From the IMG/VR virus record IMGVR_UViG_3300047546_001556: a DNA stretch of 64,000 bases. One strand, given 5' to 3'. Shown piece after piece: positions 1-8,228 of this stretch. The notes beneath the pieces are model-generated. The model saw only the letters and a program-made list of their open reading frames with translations, was not told the DNA's origin and did no database searches. The position numbers and the translations under genes are program-made. Position 1 is the stretch's first letter. Every line of letters starts with the position of its first letter. This DNA is from an uncultured virus (IMG/VR IMGVR_UViG_3300047546_001556). Lineage: Duplodnaviria > Heunggongvirae > Uroviricota > Caudoviricetes > Autographiviridae.

Positions 1-343
1 CGCGCCCACCTGGGCGGCCTTTGCGTGGGGGTGGGGCGGGTAAGAGGCGGCGGCGCCGAGTGCTGGGGCTGTCCAGCCGGCGCGGCGCGAATCGCTCAGA
101 TCTCTTGCGCTGCAGCGTGTCCAGCCCCGCGTACCTGCACCAATGACAGGTACGCTGGACACAGCGTTAAGAATTATCAACATTTGGCGTGGTGCTGAGC
201 GGCGCTGTCGACTGCTGCACCCTATGTAGGTAGGATTGATTCGAGCGCAACGGAATTCGAGTCAGCGCAGCATCCTGCGCGGCGAAAAATTTCCCGCCCT
301 GCCATAGCGCGGGGCCTGCGTTCTTCACCACTGCTACGGAATC

Positions 344-529
344 ATGCTTTGCACCCTCGCATGGGTAGCCGCTGTGCTGACCCTGCCGCTGATCATTCTT
401 TTTTGGGCGACGGAATCGCGCCCGCAACGGATTCGCCGCTACGCGCGCCGCGGGCTCTCACAACGCGCCATCGCCCGTGAGCTGAACTGCAGCCGCTACG
501 CGGTGCAATCCGCCCTCGCCGGAGCCTGA
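344..529 (+). CDS. Small protein with N-terminal hydrophobic segment and C-terminal helix-turn-helix
   Basis: Hydrophobic N-terminus followed by 'GLSQRAIARELNCSRYAVQSAL', an HTH pattern; first gene of a tightly packed + strand operon. Confidence 0.6.
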   Translation: MLCTLAWVAAVLTLPLIILFWATESRPQRIRRYARRGLSQRAIARELNCSRYAVQSALAGA

Positions 530-533
530 CGCC

Positions 534-740
534 ATGCGCCCCACCACATACGCGGCCTGCGCCTTCGCCGCCCTGGCGCTGTCAGCTGGGGCCTGCGCTG
601 CAGCCGTCGCCACTGCGTCCGCCGCATCGCGCGCCCTCGCTTACCGCGCTTGCGTCACTGACGCCGCGCTGTCGCGCCTGTCGCCCGAGCACTGCTCACA
701 GCGCCCCGCGCCTGTCATCTCCACCGCTCACGGGTTCTGA
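534..740 (+). CDS. Hypothetical protein, Ala-rich signal-like N-terminus
   Basis: ATG start, abuts both neighbours in the + operon. Confidence 0.5.
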   Translation: MRPTTYAACAFAALALSAGACAAAVATASAASRALAYRACVTDAALSRLSPEHCSQRPAPVISTAHGF

Positions 741-742
741 TC

Positions 743-1219
743 ATGCAAACAGCAACCACACACGCCGAGCAGAACGCTAAGGCGCACTTCGACACCATCA
801 GCGCCCTCTGGGAGCTGCACGACTTCCTCGACAATCCGCGCCGCGATGCGGACGGGTTCGCTGAGCTGAGCGACGACGCGCGCGAGCTGCTCGCTGAGAT
901 CGCCGACGCCCGTACCTTTGACGAGCTGGGGCGCGACGACGCCGACGCGGTCGCCGAATACGCGCGCGAACTTGCGCTCAGCGTTTGCGTCCGCAGCGGT
1001 TGGGTGCTCGTTGGTGAGCCGCTCGAACCTGAGGAGTTTGAGCTCCTGTTGAGCACTGGCGGGCCGGCCTGCCGCATCGTTGGCGACCTGCGCGATGAGG
1101 AGCCCTGCCGCGCTGAGGTCCAATGGCAGGACTGGGGCACGCCCTGGACCCCACTCGCTGGGCAGCGCTGTGACGCCCTCGACTGGTTCGCCGGCCTCTT
1201 TTATTTCGGAGCGTGCTGA
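743..1219 (+). CDS. Phage early hypothetical protein (acidic)
   Basis: 158-aa ORF packed between neighbours; contains 'FELLLSTGGPACRIVG...WQDWGTPW'. Confidence 0.7.
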   Translation: MQTATTHAEQNAKAHFDTISALWELHDFLDNPRRDADGFAELSDDARELLAEIADARTFDELGRDDADAVAEYARELALSVCVRSGWVLVGEPLEPEEFELLLSTGGPACRIVGDLRDEEPCRAEVQWQDWGTPWTPLAGQRCDALDWFAGLFYFGAC

Positions 1220-1222
1220 GCG

Positions 1223-1483
1223 ATGGCCTACACCATCCAAACCCACGCCGACTCCGGCAACTGGGCCTGTCCTGATGGCACGCAGTCGCTGTGGCTTGTG
1301 ATGAGCAAGCGCGCGGCGGCCGAGCACTTTCTCGAGTGGGCCAATACGGTCGGCCGCTACGACGACCCGGCCTGCGCTTCGGCGCTGGTGTGGGCTGGCA
1401 ACCACAACGACACCACTGACCTTTACCCGGACTGGCGCCTCTCGCTGGGGCCCCGCGGTGGTGTGCGCTGGGAGGTGTGCTGA
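1223..1483 (+). CDS. Phage early hypothetical protein
   Basis: Ends 'YPDWRLSLGPRGGVRWE'; stop overlaps next start (TGATG). Confidence 0.7.
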   Translation: MAYTIQTHADSGNWACPDGTQSLWLVMSKRAAAEHFLEWANTVGRYDDPACASALVWAGNHNDTTDLYPDWRLSLGPRGGVRWEVC

Positions 1484-1803
1484 TGGCACGCCGCGAACCC
1501 TGGGCGCTGTGGTTCAGCGTCAAACACTGCGGCGGGCGCGAATCGCTCCGCCAACTGCCGCCCGAAGCCATCAGCGATTGCAGCGGGCCGGGACCTGCTG
1601 ATGAGGCCGTTGCCTACTGGGTGCAACGGCTCGAATTCGACGGCCCGCCTTGGCTGTTTCGCGACCACCTGCGCAGCTATGGCGCGTGGGATCGCGCCGA
1701 CCTCACAGATCACAACGCCAACCGTGAGCGGGTGCTCTGGCTCTGGGCGAACGATTGCCGCGAGGAGCCCGGCGATCACGACTTTCTCTGGCTTGGAATC
1801 TGA
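1483..1803 (+). CDS. Phage early hypothetical protein
   Basis: ATG at 1483 coupled to upstream stop; contains 'LRSYGAWD...DHNANRERVLWL'. Confidence 0.7.
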   Translation: MARREPWALWFSVKHCGGRESLRQLPPEAISDCSGPGPADEAVAYWVQRLEFDGPPWLFRDHLRSYGAWDRADLTDHNANRERVLWLWANDCREEPGDHDFLWLGI

Positions 1804-1806
1804 ACA

Positions 1807-2268
1807 ATGACCACTCTCTTTTCGCGCTTGCTCGAGCAGGCGCTCCCGCACTGCACAGCCGCCGAAGCTGGGGCTTGGCCGTGCGAAACGTTCAACAGTC
1901 GCCACTGGGCGACCCTTGCAGCTGAGGGAAGGTGGCGCGTTTGCGTCCGCACCGAACCCGATCAAGACTGCGGCGCCGACTATGAAGAACCGCCAGAGCC
2001 CGGCACCGAATGGGTCGGCCTCGTGGTTCAGCTGCAGGACACCTACGGGCGCCCGTACCGCACCGAAGCGTTGTGGGGGATCGAGACACCGGGGCTGCGC
2101 TCAGTGCCGGCACGCGATTGGCAGGACTGCGAGGGCTTCATCGCTGACACCGCGCGGGAGCTGCTCGCCGAGCTGCTGGGCGATCCCGCGCCGTTGATCA
2201 GCAACCTATTCGGAGAGATCTGTGAGCGCGAGGCCTGTATCCGCGAGCTAAACGAGGTGGCGCCGTGA
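1807..2268 (+). CDS. Phage early hypothetical protein
   Basis: 153-aa ORF in operon; stop overlaps next GTG start. Confidence 0.65.
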   Translation: MTTLFSRLLEQALPHCTAAEAGAWPCETFNSRHWATLAAEGRWRVCVRTEPDQDCGADYEEPPEPGTEWVGLVVQLQDTYGRPYRTEALWGIETPGLRSVPARDWQDCEGFIADTARELLAELLGDPAPLISNLFGEICEREACIRELNEVAP

Positions 2269-2426
2269 TCGGACCCGATACCACGCGCTTAACAATTGTT
2301 CTGCCCCATAGCGTCGACGCGCGATTGCGCGAACTTGCGCAAAGGGAAGGGCGGAGCCTGTCCAACCTCGCGGCGTTACTGCTGCGGGAAGCGCTGGAAT
2401 CGCTGGGGCGCGATGGCCAGCCGTAG
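2265..2426 (+). CDS. Ribbon-helix-helix (CopG/Arc-like) DNA-binding protein, 53 aa, not in ORF track
   Basis: Manual translation: (M)IGPDTTRLTIVLPHSVDARLRELAQREGRSLSNLAALLLREALESLGRDGQP; alternating beta-strand plus the 'EGRSLSNL' turn. Confidence 0.75.
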   Translation: MIGPDTTRLTIVLPHSVDARLRELAQREGRSLSNLAALLLREALESLGRDGQP

Positions 2427-2835
2427 CTCCGACGCCCAATACGCGGCGCGGGTCGCTGATGCTCTTGAGCTTCTCAGCACCGGCGCCGGGTCCGCGTTTG
2501 CCGCGGCTGTGCTGGCGGAGCGGTACGCGGTGAGCCTGCGCCAGGCACGCCGCTATGTCGCCGGGGCATCCTTTGAGCTATGCGATCCGGCCACGCCGGC
2601 AGAACTTGACCGCCAGGCGATGTTGTCGTTGCACCGGCTGGATCTGATCGCCGGCCGGGCGATGGCAGCAGGGGACGACAGCACAGCCGTACGCGCCACA
2701 CGCGCCCACGCCGCGGCGCTTGCGCAGTTCCGGCGCGCTATCACCGCGCCCGCCACGCGCTTCAGGCTCCCCACGGCAACCGATTGCGCCCCGGCGCGCG
2801 ATTCGCCCGATGCACCCGCGGATTGCCCTTTCTGA
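2413..2835 (+). CDS. HTH protein resembling the TerS-like gene at 3308-3730
   Basis: ATG at 2413 (MASRSSDAQY); 'RVADALELL...LAERYAVSLRQARRYV' parallels 'QVRIVQDWL...CADRWGISTRTAEHRM'. Confidence 0.55.
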   Translation: MASRSSDAQYAARVADALELLSTGAGSAFAAAVLAERYAVSLRQARRYVAGASFELCDPATPAELDRQAMLSLHRLDLIAGRAMAAGDDSTAVRATRAHAAALAQFRRAITAPATRFRLPTATDCAPARDSPDAPADCPF

Positions 2836-2860
2836 TCACGTGCGCGCCCTTGCGCCACAC

Positions 2861-2887
2861 GCGCCCCACGCCCGGGGCGCCTTTTTT
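2861..2887 (+). terminator. Rho-independent terminator of the left early operon
   Basis: GCGCCCC-acgccc-GGGGCGC stem followed by C and TTTTTT, shortly after the last stop. Confidence 0.8.
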
Positions 2888-3074
2888 GTGTCCTAATTGC
2901 GTCCGCAGCGCGGTGCGCTAACTGCGCTCAGGATCGCCCACAACGGGCCGGTGTTGGTGGCGCGTGTCTCACAGCGGCCCGCGCCTTGGCGCCCACGGGA
3001 GGCCGGGGCGGCAGGGCTGGGGCGGCGCTACCGGTAGCGTCCCGTCGCGCCCCGGCACACTAGGCGCCCGGGTG

Positions 3075-3089
3075 TGATAATGATTCTCA
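3075..3089. promoter_or_regulatory. Fur-box-like 7-1-7 inverted repeat
   Basis: TGATAAT-G-ATTCTCA, one mismatch from TGATAATnATTATCA, an AT-rich patch in GC-rich non-coding DNA. Confidence 0.4.
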
Positions 3090-3219
3090 TCCTCGGCAGC
3101 AGCAGCGCGGCTGTTCTCGCCCGAGGCGGGAGGAAAGCCGGGCGCCTGGCGTACGCGCGGGCGCCCTTAGTCCACTGCTAGGACCACAACACCTTAGACG
3201 CGGGGAAGCTGGGGGTCAA

Positions 3220-3290
3220 GCAAAATCGCGCCATGAATGCGTCATGAATGCGATTTTGCGCAGTGAATGCGCTGGGGCGCCCTGAATGCG
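3220..3290. repeat. Four TGAATGCG direct repeats with a 9-bp inverted repeat
   Basis: TGAATGCG at 3234, 3245, 3264, 3283; GCAAAATCG (3220) / CGATTTTGC (3251). Confidence 0.85.
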
Positions 3291-3307
3291 TTTTTTCGGC
3301 GCAGCCG

Positions 3308-3730
3308 CTAGCCGATGCCCTTGGGTTTGACCAGCTGGAGTAGGTCCGCCTGGAGCTTCATCGCGCCGATGGCGTTGGCGCCCATGTTGCGCTCGATGCT
3401 CATTTGAATGACCGTCTCGAGCTTCTCGATCATCTCGCTCACCTTCTCGGCGCGATCCATCACGTTGATGTCGCGGATCATTTGCTGACGCGCAGCAGCC
3501 ATCCGGTGCTCGGCCGTGCGGGTGGAGATCCCCCATCGGTCAGCGCAACGCTGTCGGATCTGGTTGGGACGCGTACCTTCCGCCAGCCAATCCTGCACAA
3601 TGCGCACCTGCTCGGCAATCTCAAGCGCAGTGAATGCCTGACGGCGCCGGGGCTCGTCCGCAGGATTAGCGGGGGCGGGGTTGCCGTAGTCCGCGAGCTG
3701 GGCGTCGGTGCTGCCGTCTGACATCGCCAT
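3308..3730 (-). CDS. Putative terminase small subunit-like HTH protein
   Basis: HTH 'RPNQIRQRCADRWGISTRTAEHRMAAARQ' followed by helical C-terminus ('AIGAMKLQADLL'); last gene of the - strand operon. Confidence 0.55.
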   Translation of the reverse strand: MAMSDGSTDAQLADYGNPAPANPADEPRRRQAFTALEIAEQVRIVQDWLAEGTRPNQIRQRCADRWGISTRTAEHRMAAARQQMIRDINVMDRAEKVSEMIEKLETVIQMSIERNMGANAIGAMKLQADLLQLVKPKGIG

Positions 3731-3846
3731 AGGCGCCGGGGGCGCAACAGGGGGTTGTGGCTAAGTTGCCCGGCTACGCCGAAAACGCCCTGGGCGCCTA
3801 GGGCGTAGGTATAAATGCTTAGGTGCGACGGGCTTAGTGGGTCTGA

Positions 3847-4035
3847 CTACTGGGCTTCAAGCTCGGTGGCGATCTCTTCCAGATACCAGGCGCTTTCTTG
3901 TCCAAGCCCTGCCAGTTTGATGACCACCTGATCCGCAGCAGCGCGAAGAACAGCAGCGGCGGTCACTGCATCGTCAATGTCAGCATCGCGGTAAGCATCA
4001 AGCACTGCTTGCACAGCAGGTGAAAGTTCAGACAT
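3847..4035 (-). CDS. Small cassette-borne hypothetical protein ('LRAAADQVV...ELEAQ' family)
   Basis: Homologous to 44689..44907 in protein sequence and in terminal DNA. Confidence 0.8.
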   Translation of the reverse strand: MSELSPAVQAVLDAYRDADIDDAVTAAAVLRAAADQVVIKLAGLGQESAWYLEEIATELEAQ

Positions 4036-4049
4036 AGAAGTGATGTTGA

Positions 4050-4394
4050 CTAATCGGGCAGGGATTCAAGAGCGCGGCGGATTTGGGACAGGTCGCATCC
4101 CAGGCCGTGCATACCCAGATCTGCATTGAGCGTATCTAGCTGCAGTAGCGCCTTTTCCTTTAAGCTCAGCGGCTTTGGGCGTCTGGCGGCGCGGAGCCTG
4201 TCAGCAACGTCGTAAGCAAGGTCATCGTTGACCCACTCACAGCACGCATCAAGTTCCTGAGTGGCACCCCAGCGGGTCGCCTGCAGAGCCACATAGAGAA
4301 CGAGATCAAAATCGTTGTCTTTGGCCTTATGCCAATCATCGCTCCATTGTTTGACTAGGTCGATGAACGGAGTGATTGTGTCGTCTTGAGTCAT
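4050..4394 (-). CDS. Cassette-borne hypothetical protein ('WGATQELDACCEW...RAARRPKP' family)
   Basis: 114-aa ORF bounded by two 15-bp sites; GAGG RBS upstream. Confidence 0.8.
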   Translation of the reverse strand: MTQDDTITPFIDLVKQWSDDWHKAKDNDFDLVLYVALQATRWGATQELDACCEWVNDDLAYDVADRLRAARRPKPLSLKEKALLQLDTLNADLGMHGLGCDLSQIRRALESLPD

Positions 4395-4418
4395 TGTTGA
4401 ACCTCGTAGTGTGTAGAA

Positions 4419-4583
4419 CTAAGTGATCTCAAGTTCGTCTGCTAGAGCGGTTAAGTAGCCGTTGATGAAGTGGTGGGCGACATAGACGCCCGCGTCTGCA
4501 TCTGTGTCGCCGAGGGGCGCGTCCATGCGCACAAACTCAGCCACCCACCGGAGCGTGAATGGGTCGAGGGTGCTGGGCGTCAC
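4419..4583 (-). CDS. Small hypothetical protein, 54 aa
   Basis: GTG start overlapping upstream stop; ends 'ALADELEIT' with its stop inside the site at 4407-4421. Confidence 0.6.
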   Translation of the reverse strand: MTPSTLDPFTLRWVAEFVRMDAPLGDTDADAGVYVAHHFINGYLTALADELEIT

Positions 4584-4822
4584 GAGAACAGCGCGGATTT
4601 GTGCAGCACGAAATCGTGATTGCCGCGGGCTGCGCTGCTCGTCCAGGTGAAGTCCGTGGGCGCAATCTGGCGCTCGGCATCCTGCAGCGTGTACCAGCGG
4701 TGGCGGCACGCTTCGCAATGCCGGCGGCGGAGGATGTGCAAGTAGTCGCGCGTGGGGCGAGTCAACACAACGCGTACTCGCTGGGAGCCGCACTCGGGGC
4801 AGGCGGTGGGGTGGTGCGTCAT
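4580..4822 (-). CDS. NrdR-like zinc-ribbon protein
   Basis: CPECG...ILRRRHCEACRHRWYT matches the NrdR N-terminal CxxC...RRRxCxxCxxRFTT pattern. Confidence 0.7.
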   Translation of the reverse strand: MTHHPTACPECGSQRVRVVLTRPTRDYLHILRRRHCEACRHRWYTLQDAERQIAPTDFTWTSSAARGNHDFVLHKSALFS

Positions 4823-5076
4823 TGGGTGCAGTGGGTGATCTCGGTGGGGATGAAGTCGCCGTTCGGATGGTGGTGCCAGACCTGAATCGTCGCGTCGAGC
4901 GTGTCGTCGCCGTACTCACTCACCAGCAGCTGGATCCACTGCCCAAGCCACTTGCCGGTGCGGAGGCCGCGCACCGTGAAGACCGCGTCGGGCTGGGGCG
5001 GGCATCCATGTACAGGCAGAAACTGCAGGACGGCGGTGGTGGTGTTGCGCGGCGGGAGATGAATGTCGTCGTTCAT
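4819..5076 (-). CDS. Hypothetical protein
   Basis: ATG (MNDDIH) overlaps the exonuclease stop; coupled to the downstream gene. Confidence 0.55.
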   Translation of the reverse strand: MNDDIHLPPRNTTTAVLQFLPVHGCPPQPDAVFTVRGLRTGKWLGQWIQLLVSEYGDDTLDATIQVWHHHPNGDFIPTEITHCTQ

Positions 5077-5798
5077 TGCTCGTAACCGCACTGGGCGGTG
5101 TAGTAGCTGTTGGCGCGGGTGATGAACTTGCGGCCGTAATCGCGCAGTTCGTCGCCTGTCAGTTCCCAGATGTCGGGGAAGTCGCCGTGCGGGCGGGCGA
5201 TCACCAGCAACGCGCGCTCTGGGACAACGCCGTACACGTAATCGATTGCCTTGGCGTATGCGCCGAGCTGGCAGCAGTAGTCCTCAACAAGCGCTGAATC
5301 GCGTTTGTTTTTGGAGGTCTTCCAATCCAAAAGCGTCAGCAGTTCGCTGGCGTCTTCGGGGGTCAGGTCGTCTCGCTGGGTGTAGTTGGTGTAGCCAAGG
5401 GCGTCGAATTGGCCGGCGAAGCGGGTGGGGTGGTACACCGCGCACTCCTGCGCCACCAGCTGGACCCAGTGCTGCTCAAGGAATGGGCGGATGTTGCGCC
5501 AATACGCCCCAAACGCAAAGTGCTTTGGGTCGGGTAGTGGGTCACCGGCGCTGTGGGCTAGGAGCCAGGTCTCGATTTGCTCGTGGGTCCAGGTGCCACG
5601 GGCTTTAGCGGCGTCGCTAATTGCTGCAGCGTCAGGACGCTTTAGCCATTGCTCCAGCCGCTTTTTGCTGGTGCCCGTCTTGCCGAGGATCGACGTAACT
5701 GAATCAAGGCGACCGACTGGTGAGGTGTAGCCGCTCTTGTCGGGGAGCCGAGTGACAACGCCTCGCGGCTTTGGAAGTTCGGTGAGGCGTTGCGGCAT
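5073..5798 (-). CDS. PD-(D/E)XK phage exonuclease
   Basis: 'SVTSIL', 'RGTWTH', 'FAGQFDAL', 'LLDWKTS', 'YCCQLGAY' motifs. Confidence 0.85.
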   Translation of the reverse strand: MPQRLTELPKPRGVVTRLPDKSGYTSPVGRLDSVTSILGKTGTSKKRLEQWLKRPDAAAISDAAKARGTWTHEQIETWLLAHSAGDPLPDPKHFAFGAYWRNIRPFLEQHWVQLVAQECAVYHPTRFAGQFDALGYTNYTQRDDLTPEDASELLTLLDWKTSKNKRDSALVEDYCCQLGAYAKAIDYVYGVVPERALLVIARPHGDFPDIWELTGDELRDYGRKFITRANSYYTAQCGYEQ

Positions 5799-5801
5799 CG
5801 G

Positions 5802-6005
5802 CTACTGGTTGAGCAGGGCGGTGGTAATGGCGTCGATGGAGGCGTCGCTGAGGTACAGCGACTTGGCGATGCTTTGGGACTTGACGGCAGTGCGAAGAGC
5901 CAACGCATTTGCGATGGCCTTCGCGTCTAGTTCGTTGACTGATGCGGCAAGCAGCTCCTCCTCTTCACTCAACCCGTCTTGATAGGTGTCGAGGAGGTGT
6001 TTCAC
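5802..6005 (-). CDS. Hypothetical protein
   Basis: Coupled ORF in the - operon. Confidence 0.55.
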   Translation of the reverse strand: MKHLLDTYQDGLSEEEELLAASVNELDAKAIANALALRTAVKSQSIAKSLYLSDASIDAITTALLNQ

Positions 6006-6244
6006 GCTGGGGTGGGTAGAGCTTTGCCCAAGGTTGCCGATGGGCGGACATGCACCACTACGACTGCACTCTCACCCGTGGTGCGGGTGTAGTTGCGGCA
6101 GGCGGCATGGCAGCTGTCAACGTCTACCCACTGCTCTGCCTCTTCTGGAAAACGAGTCCAGTCGAGGTCCGCGCCAGGGCGTTGATGTGCCAAGGCGCGG
6201 AAGTACCCGCGTGCTGTTTTGATCAGGTAGCGGGTGACGGTCAC
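6002..6244 (-). CDS. Hypothetical protein
   Basis: GTG overlapping the upstream TGA; '(V)TVTRYLIKTARGYF...WTRFPEEAEQW'. Confidence 0.5.
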   Translation of the reverse strand: MTVTRYLIKTARGYFRALAHQRPGADLDWTRFPEEAEQWVDVDSCHAACRNYTRTTGESAVVVVHVRPSATLGKALPTPA

Positions 6245-6879
6245 TTGCTGCTGAACGGGTTGCCGCCGTCGGTCAGGCGCCAGATGTCGGCACCCGCAGC
6301 TTTCGCTGCTTCCCATGCAGCGTTGACCTTCTCGGCCACAGCCTTGTCCTTCTTGCGAAGGGCAGGCTTCATGTCAGCCGCGTAGCTGGTTTTTGGGCTG
6401 GTGACTTTGGTGATCTCCAAATCCCAAGCGGCCAGATCTTCGTAGTCCGGGTCGCCGGTTTTGCGGTCGATGTCACGCAAGAGCGACACCTGGGTGTAGC
6501 TCAGCACCTTCACTGCTTCGGCGTCGTAGTCGTACACGAAGAAAGCCGCGCACTTCTTGATGGCCTTGCGGTCAGTGGGCTGCTTGGTGTCGTAGTCGAC
6601 TTCAAAAGCGACGGTCCCGCCGATCTGTTGCTCGTATTCAGCCAACACAGCGTCTGTCGGGTAATCGCCTGCAGCGATGCGCTTGGTTTTGCCGCCGTCA
6701 GCTTTGTCGAACCAGATTTCGTAACCGGTCAACGGCTCCTCACTAAGGATGGCGCACCTAAAGGGGTTAGGTAGTGTTTTGCCGATTTGAGACGGGTTGA
6801 TGTAGCCATCACGGCTGTTGCCGCTCTCGGTTTCCTTTGGGGCGAGTGAGGCAGAAAAGCTTTGCGAGAAGAAGGGCAC
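6241..6879 (-). CDS. Putative single-stranded DNA-binding/recombination protein
   Basis: 'GYINPSQI...FFVYDY...WDLEITK...GGNPF'; near the exonuclease, as is usual in recombination modules. Confidence 0.55.
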   Translation of the reverse strand: MPFFSQSFSASLAPKETESGNSRDGYINPSQIGKTLPNPFRCAILSEEPLTGYEIWFDKADGGKTKRIAAGDYPTDAVLAEYEQQIGGTVAFEVDYDTKQPTDRKAIKKCAAFFVYDYDAEAVKVLSYTQVSLLRDIDRKTGDPDYEDLAAWDLEITKVTSPKTSYAADMKPALRKKDKAVAEKVNAAWEAAKAAGADIWRLTDGGNPFSSK

Positions 6880-6934
6880 TGTGGAAGGTGTTCGGTGATT
6901 TGGGCCCTACCCTCCCTGGGTAGGTGCGCGTACG

Positions 6935-7150
6935 CTACTGGGGGCGGTTGAGTTCGTCAACGGCTTCTGCCGAAAGTTGGCGCAGGGCTCGCTCGATGTA
7001 CTCGCTTCGGTTGACGCCTTCGCGCCCTGCCAGGTAGGTCAGGATCTCCCAGCCGGTGTCAGTCATGTTCAGGCTGCGGCAACGCTTTAGCTCCCCCCAG
7101 TGAGTGGTGCGGGTGACCTGGGGCTTGGGCTGGACGATGTATTCGGGCAT
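6935..7150 (-). CDS. Ribbon-helix-helix DNA-binding protein
   Basis: 'RSLNMTDTGWEILTYLAGREGVNRSEYIERALR'. Confidence 0.7.
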   Translation of the reverse strand: MPEYIVQPKPQVTRTTHWGELKRCRSLNMTDTGWEILTYLAGREGVNRSEYIERALRQLSAEAVDELNRPQ

Positions 7151-7177
7151 CTCGCGTCTGTTAAGTGCGGTGCGAGT

Positions 7178-7900
7178 CTATCTACCTAGGTGGCTTTCGA
7201 TGTGTTCCCAGAGAGCGTCGCCGCTTAGGCCAATCAGCTTGCCGATTGCGTCCAAATCGTTCAGCAGGCGGTCGCTGCTCACCGTGTGGCTCAGAAGCAA
7301 GGGCTCCATCGTCGGACAGTCGTAGGCGAGCTCGCGGAGCTTGGCGTACCAGTCAATGTCGTGCTTGGCGTAGTAGGCGCGCAGGAAGGCGCCCAGCACC
7401 CGAGAGGCGTCGTCGGCGTCTGCTGGGTCCATGCGGCGGCTTTCGCGCACTGGGAGCTGGCGTAGGCCGCAGAACGCTTCAAACATTCCTACCGGACCAA
7501 GTGCGAAGCCATCGCGGTCGAGCATGGGGATGGTGTGCTGCCACAGCTCCTTGAAGCGTTGCGGCAGTTTCGGTGGGTATCCCAGGGAGCTGGTGTCCTC
7601 AATCAGCTCCTCGGGGTGTCCGATGCTGCGAGCTAGCGCAGCGTTAAAGCAGCCCAGCGCCAGGAAGGTTTTGGGGGCCGGTTCCGTCAGTACGCCGCGG
7701 TTAAAGCCGCCGATGGTGCTGCTGTGGATCGCCTTCGTGCCCAGGTACTCCGTGGCGATCTTCATGAACTCTGTCTGGGTGAACTGCCCGCTCAGCGCCC
7801 GGAACGCACTGGGGAATTGCAGGGCGCCCCGCTCAAGTGCGGTCAGCAGGGGTGGTGCCTGGTTTCCTTCCATCTCGTTGACCCTATGTAGGTAGGCCAA
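7178..7900 (-). CDS. Hypothetical protein, possible XRE-like regulator
   Basis: 240-aa ORF; 'TQTEF...IHSSTIGGFNRG..EPAPKTFLAL' loosely resembles an HTH; start uncertain. Confidence 0.5.
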   Translation of the reverse strand: MAYLHRVNEMEGNQAPPLLTALERGALQFPSAFRALSGQFTQTEFMKIATEYLGTKAIHSSTIGGFNRGVLTEPAPKTFLALGCFNAALARSIGHPEELIEDTSSLGYPPKLPQRFKELWQHTIPMLDRDGFALGPVGMFEAFCGLRQLPVRESRRMDPADADDASRVLGAFLRAYYAKHDIDWYAKLRELAYDCPTMEPLLLSHTVSSDRLLNDLDAIGKLIGLSGDALWEHIESHLGR

Positions 7901-7964
7901 GAGTACAGGTGCGGAGCTGGGGAGGGGCGCATTTCTTTTTCCCCCTTTAATAAGTCACCTCCTT

Positions 7965-8172
7965 TGAGTGTCCGTGTTAGCTGAAACCCCTTGGGGGGTG
8001 AGGAGTTTGAACACGGACAGGTATCACGGTCTTACACGGACACTGTCCGCGCAACAACGATCCTTATTGAGAATGACCCCCAGTTATCACGGTCACTGTC
8101 CGTGTTCTGACCGAGATCATTTGGCCGTGTACTTTCCTTGCGCTGCATGGGATCTCGGCGATCACGGACACA
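7965..8172. repeat. Iteron-like cluster, putative replication origin
   Basis: About ten CACGG(A/T)C(A) or TG(T/A)CCG copies in both orientations, directly downstream of the prim-pol/helicase. Confidence 0.7.
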
Positions 8173-8228
8173 AAAAGAGGGAGACTAATAAGGGCCTCCA
8201 TCAAAAAGTGCGGGTTGTGCTGCCCCAG

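Larger units (their letters stand above)
3835..4421 (-). mobile_element. Putative gene-cassette array 1 (three 15-bp sites, two cassettes)
   Basis: TAGT-GGGTCTG-ACTA (3835), AAGT-GATGTTG-ACTA (4038), TAGT-GTGTAGA-ACTA (4407); each overlaps a TAG stop codon. Confidence 0.6.

Noticed and set aside
3835..4421. Classical integron attC sites
   Set aside because: No RYYYAAC...GTTRRRY boxes, no long hairpin and no intI. Reported instead as a distinct short-site cassette candidate.
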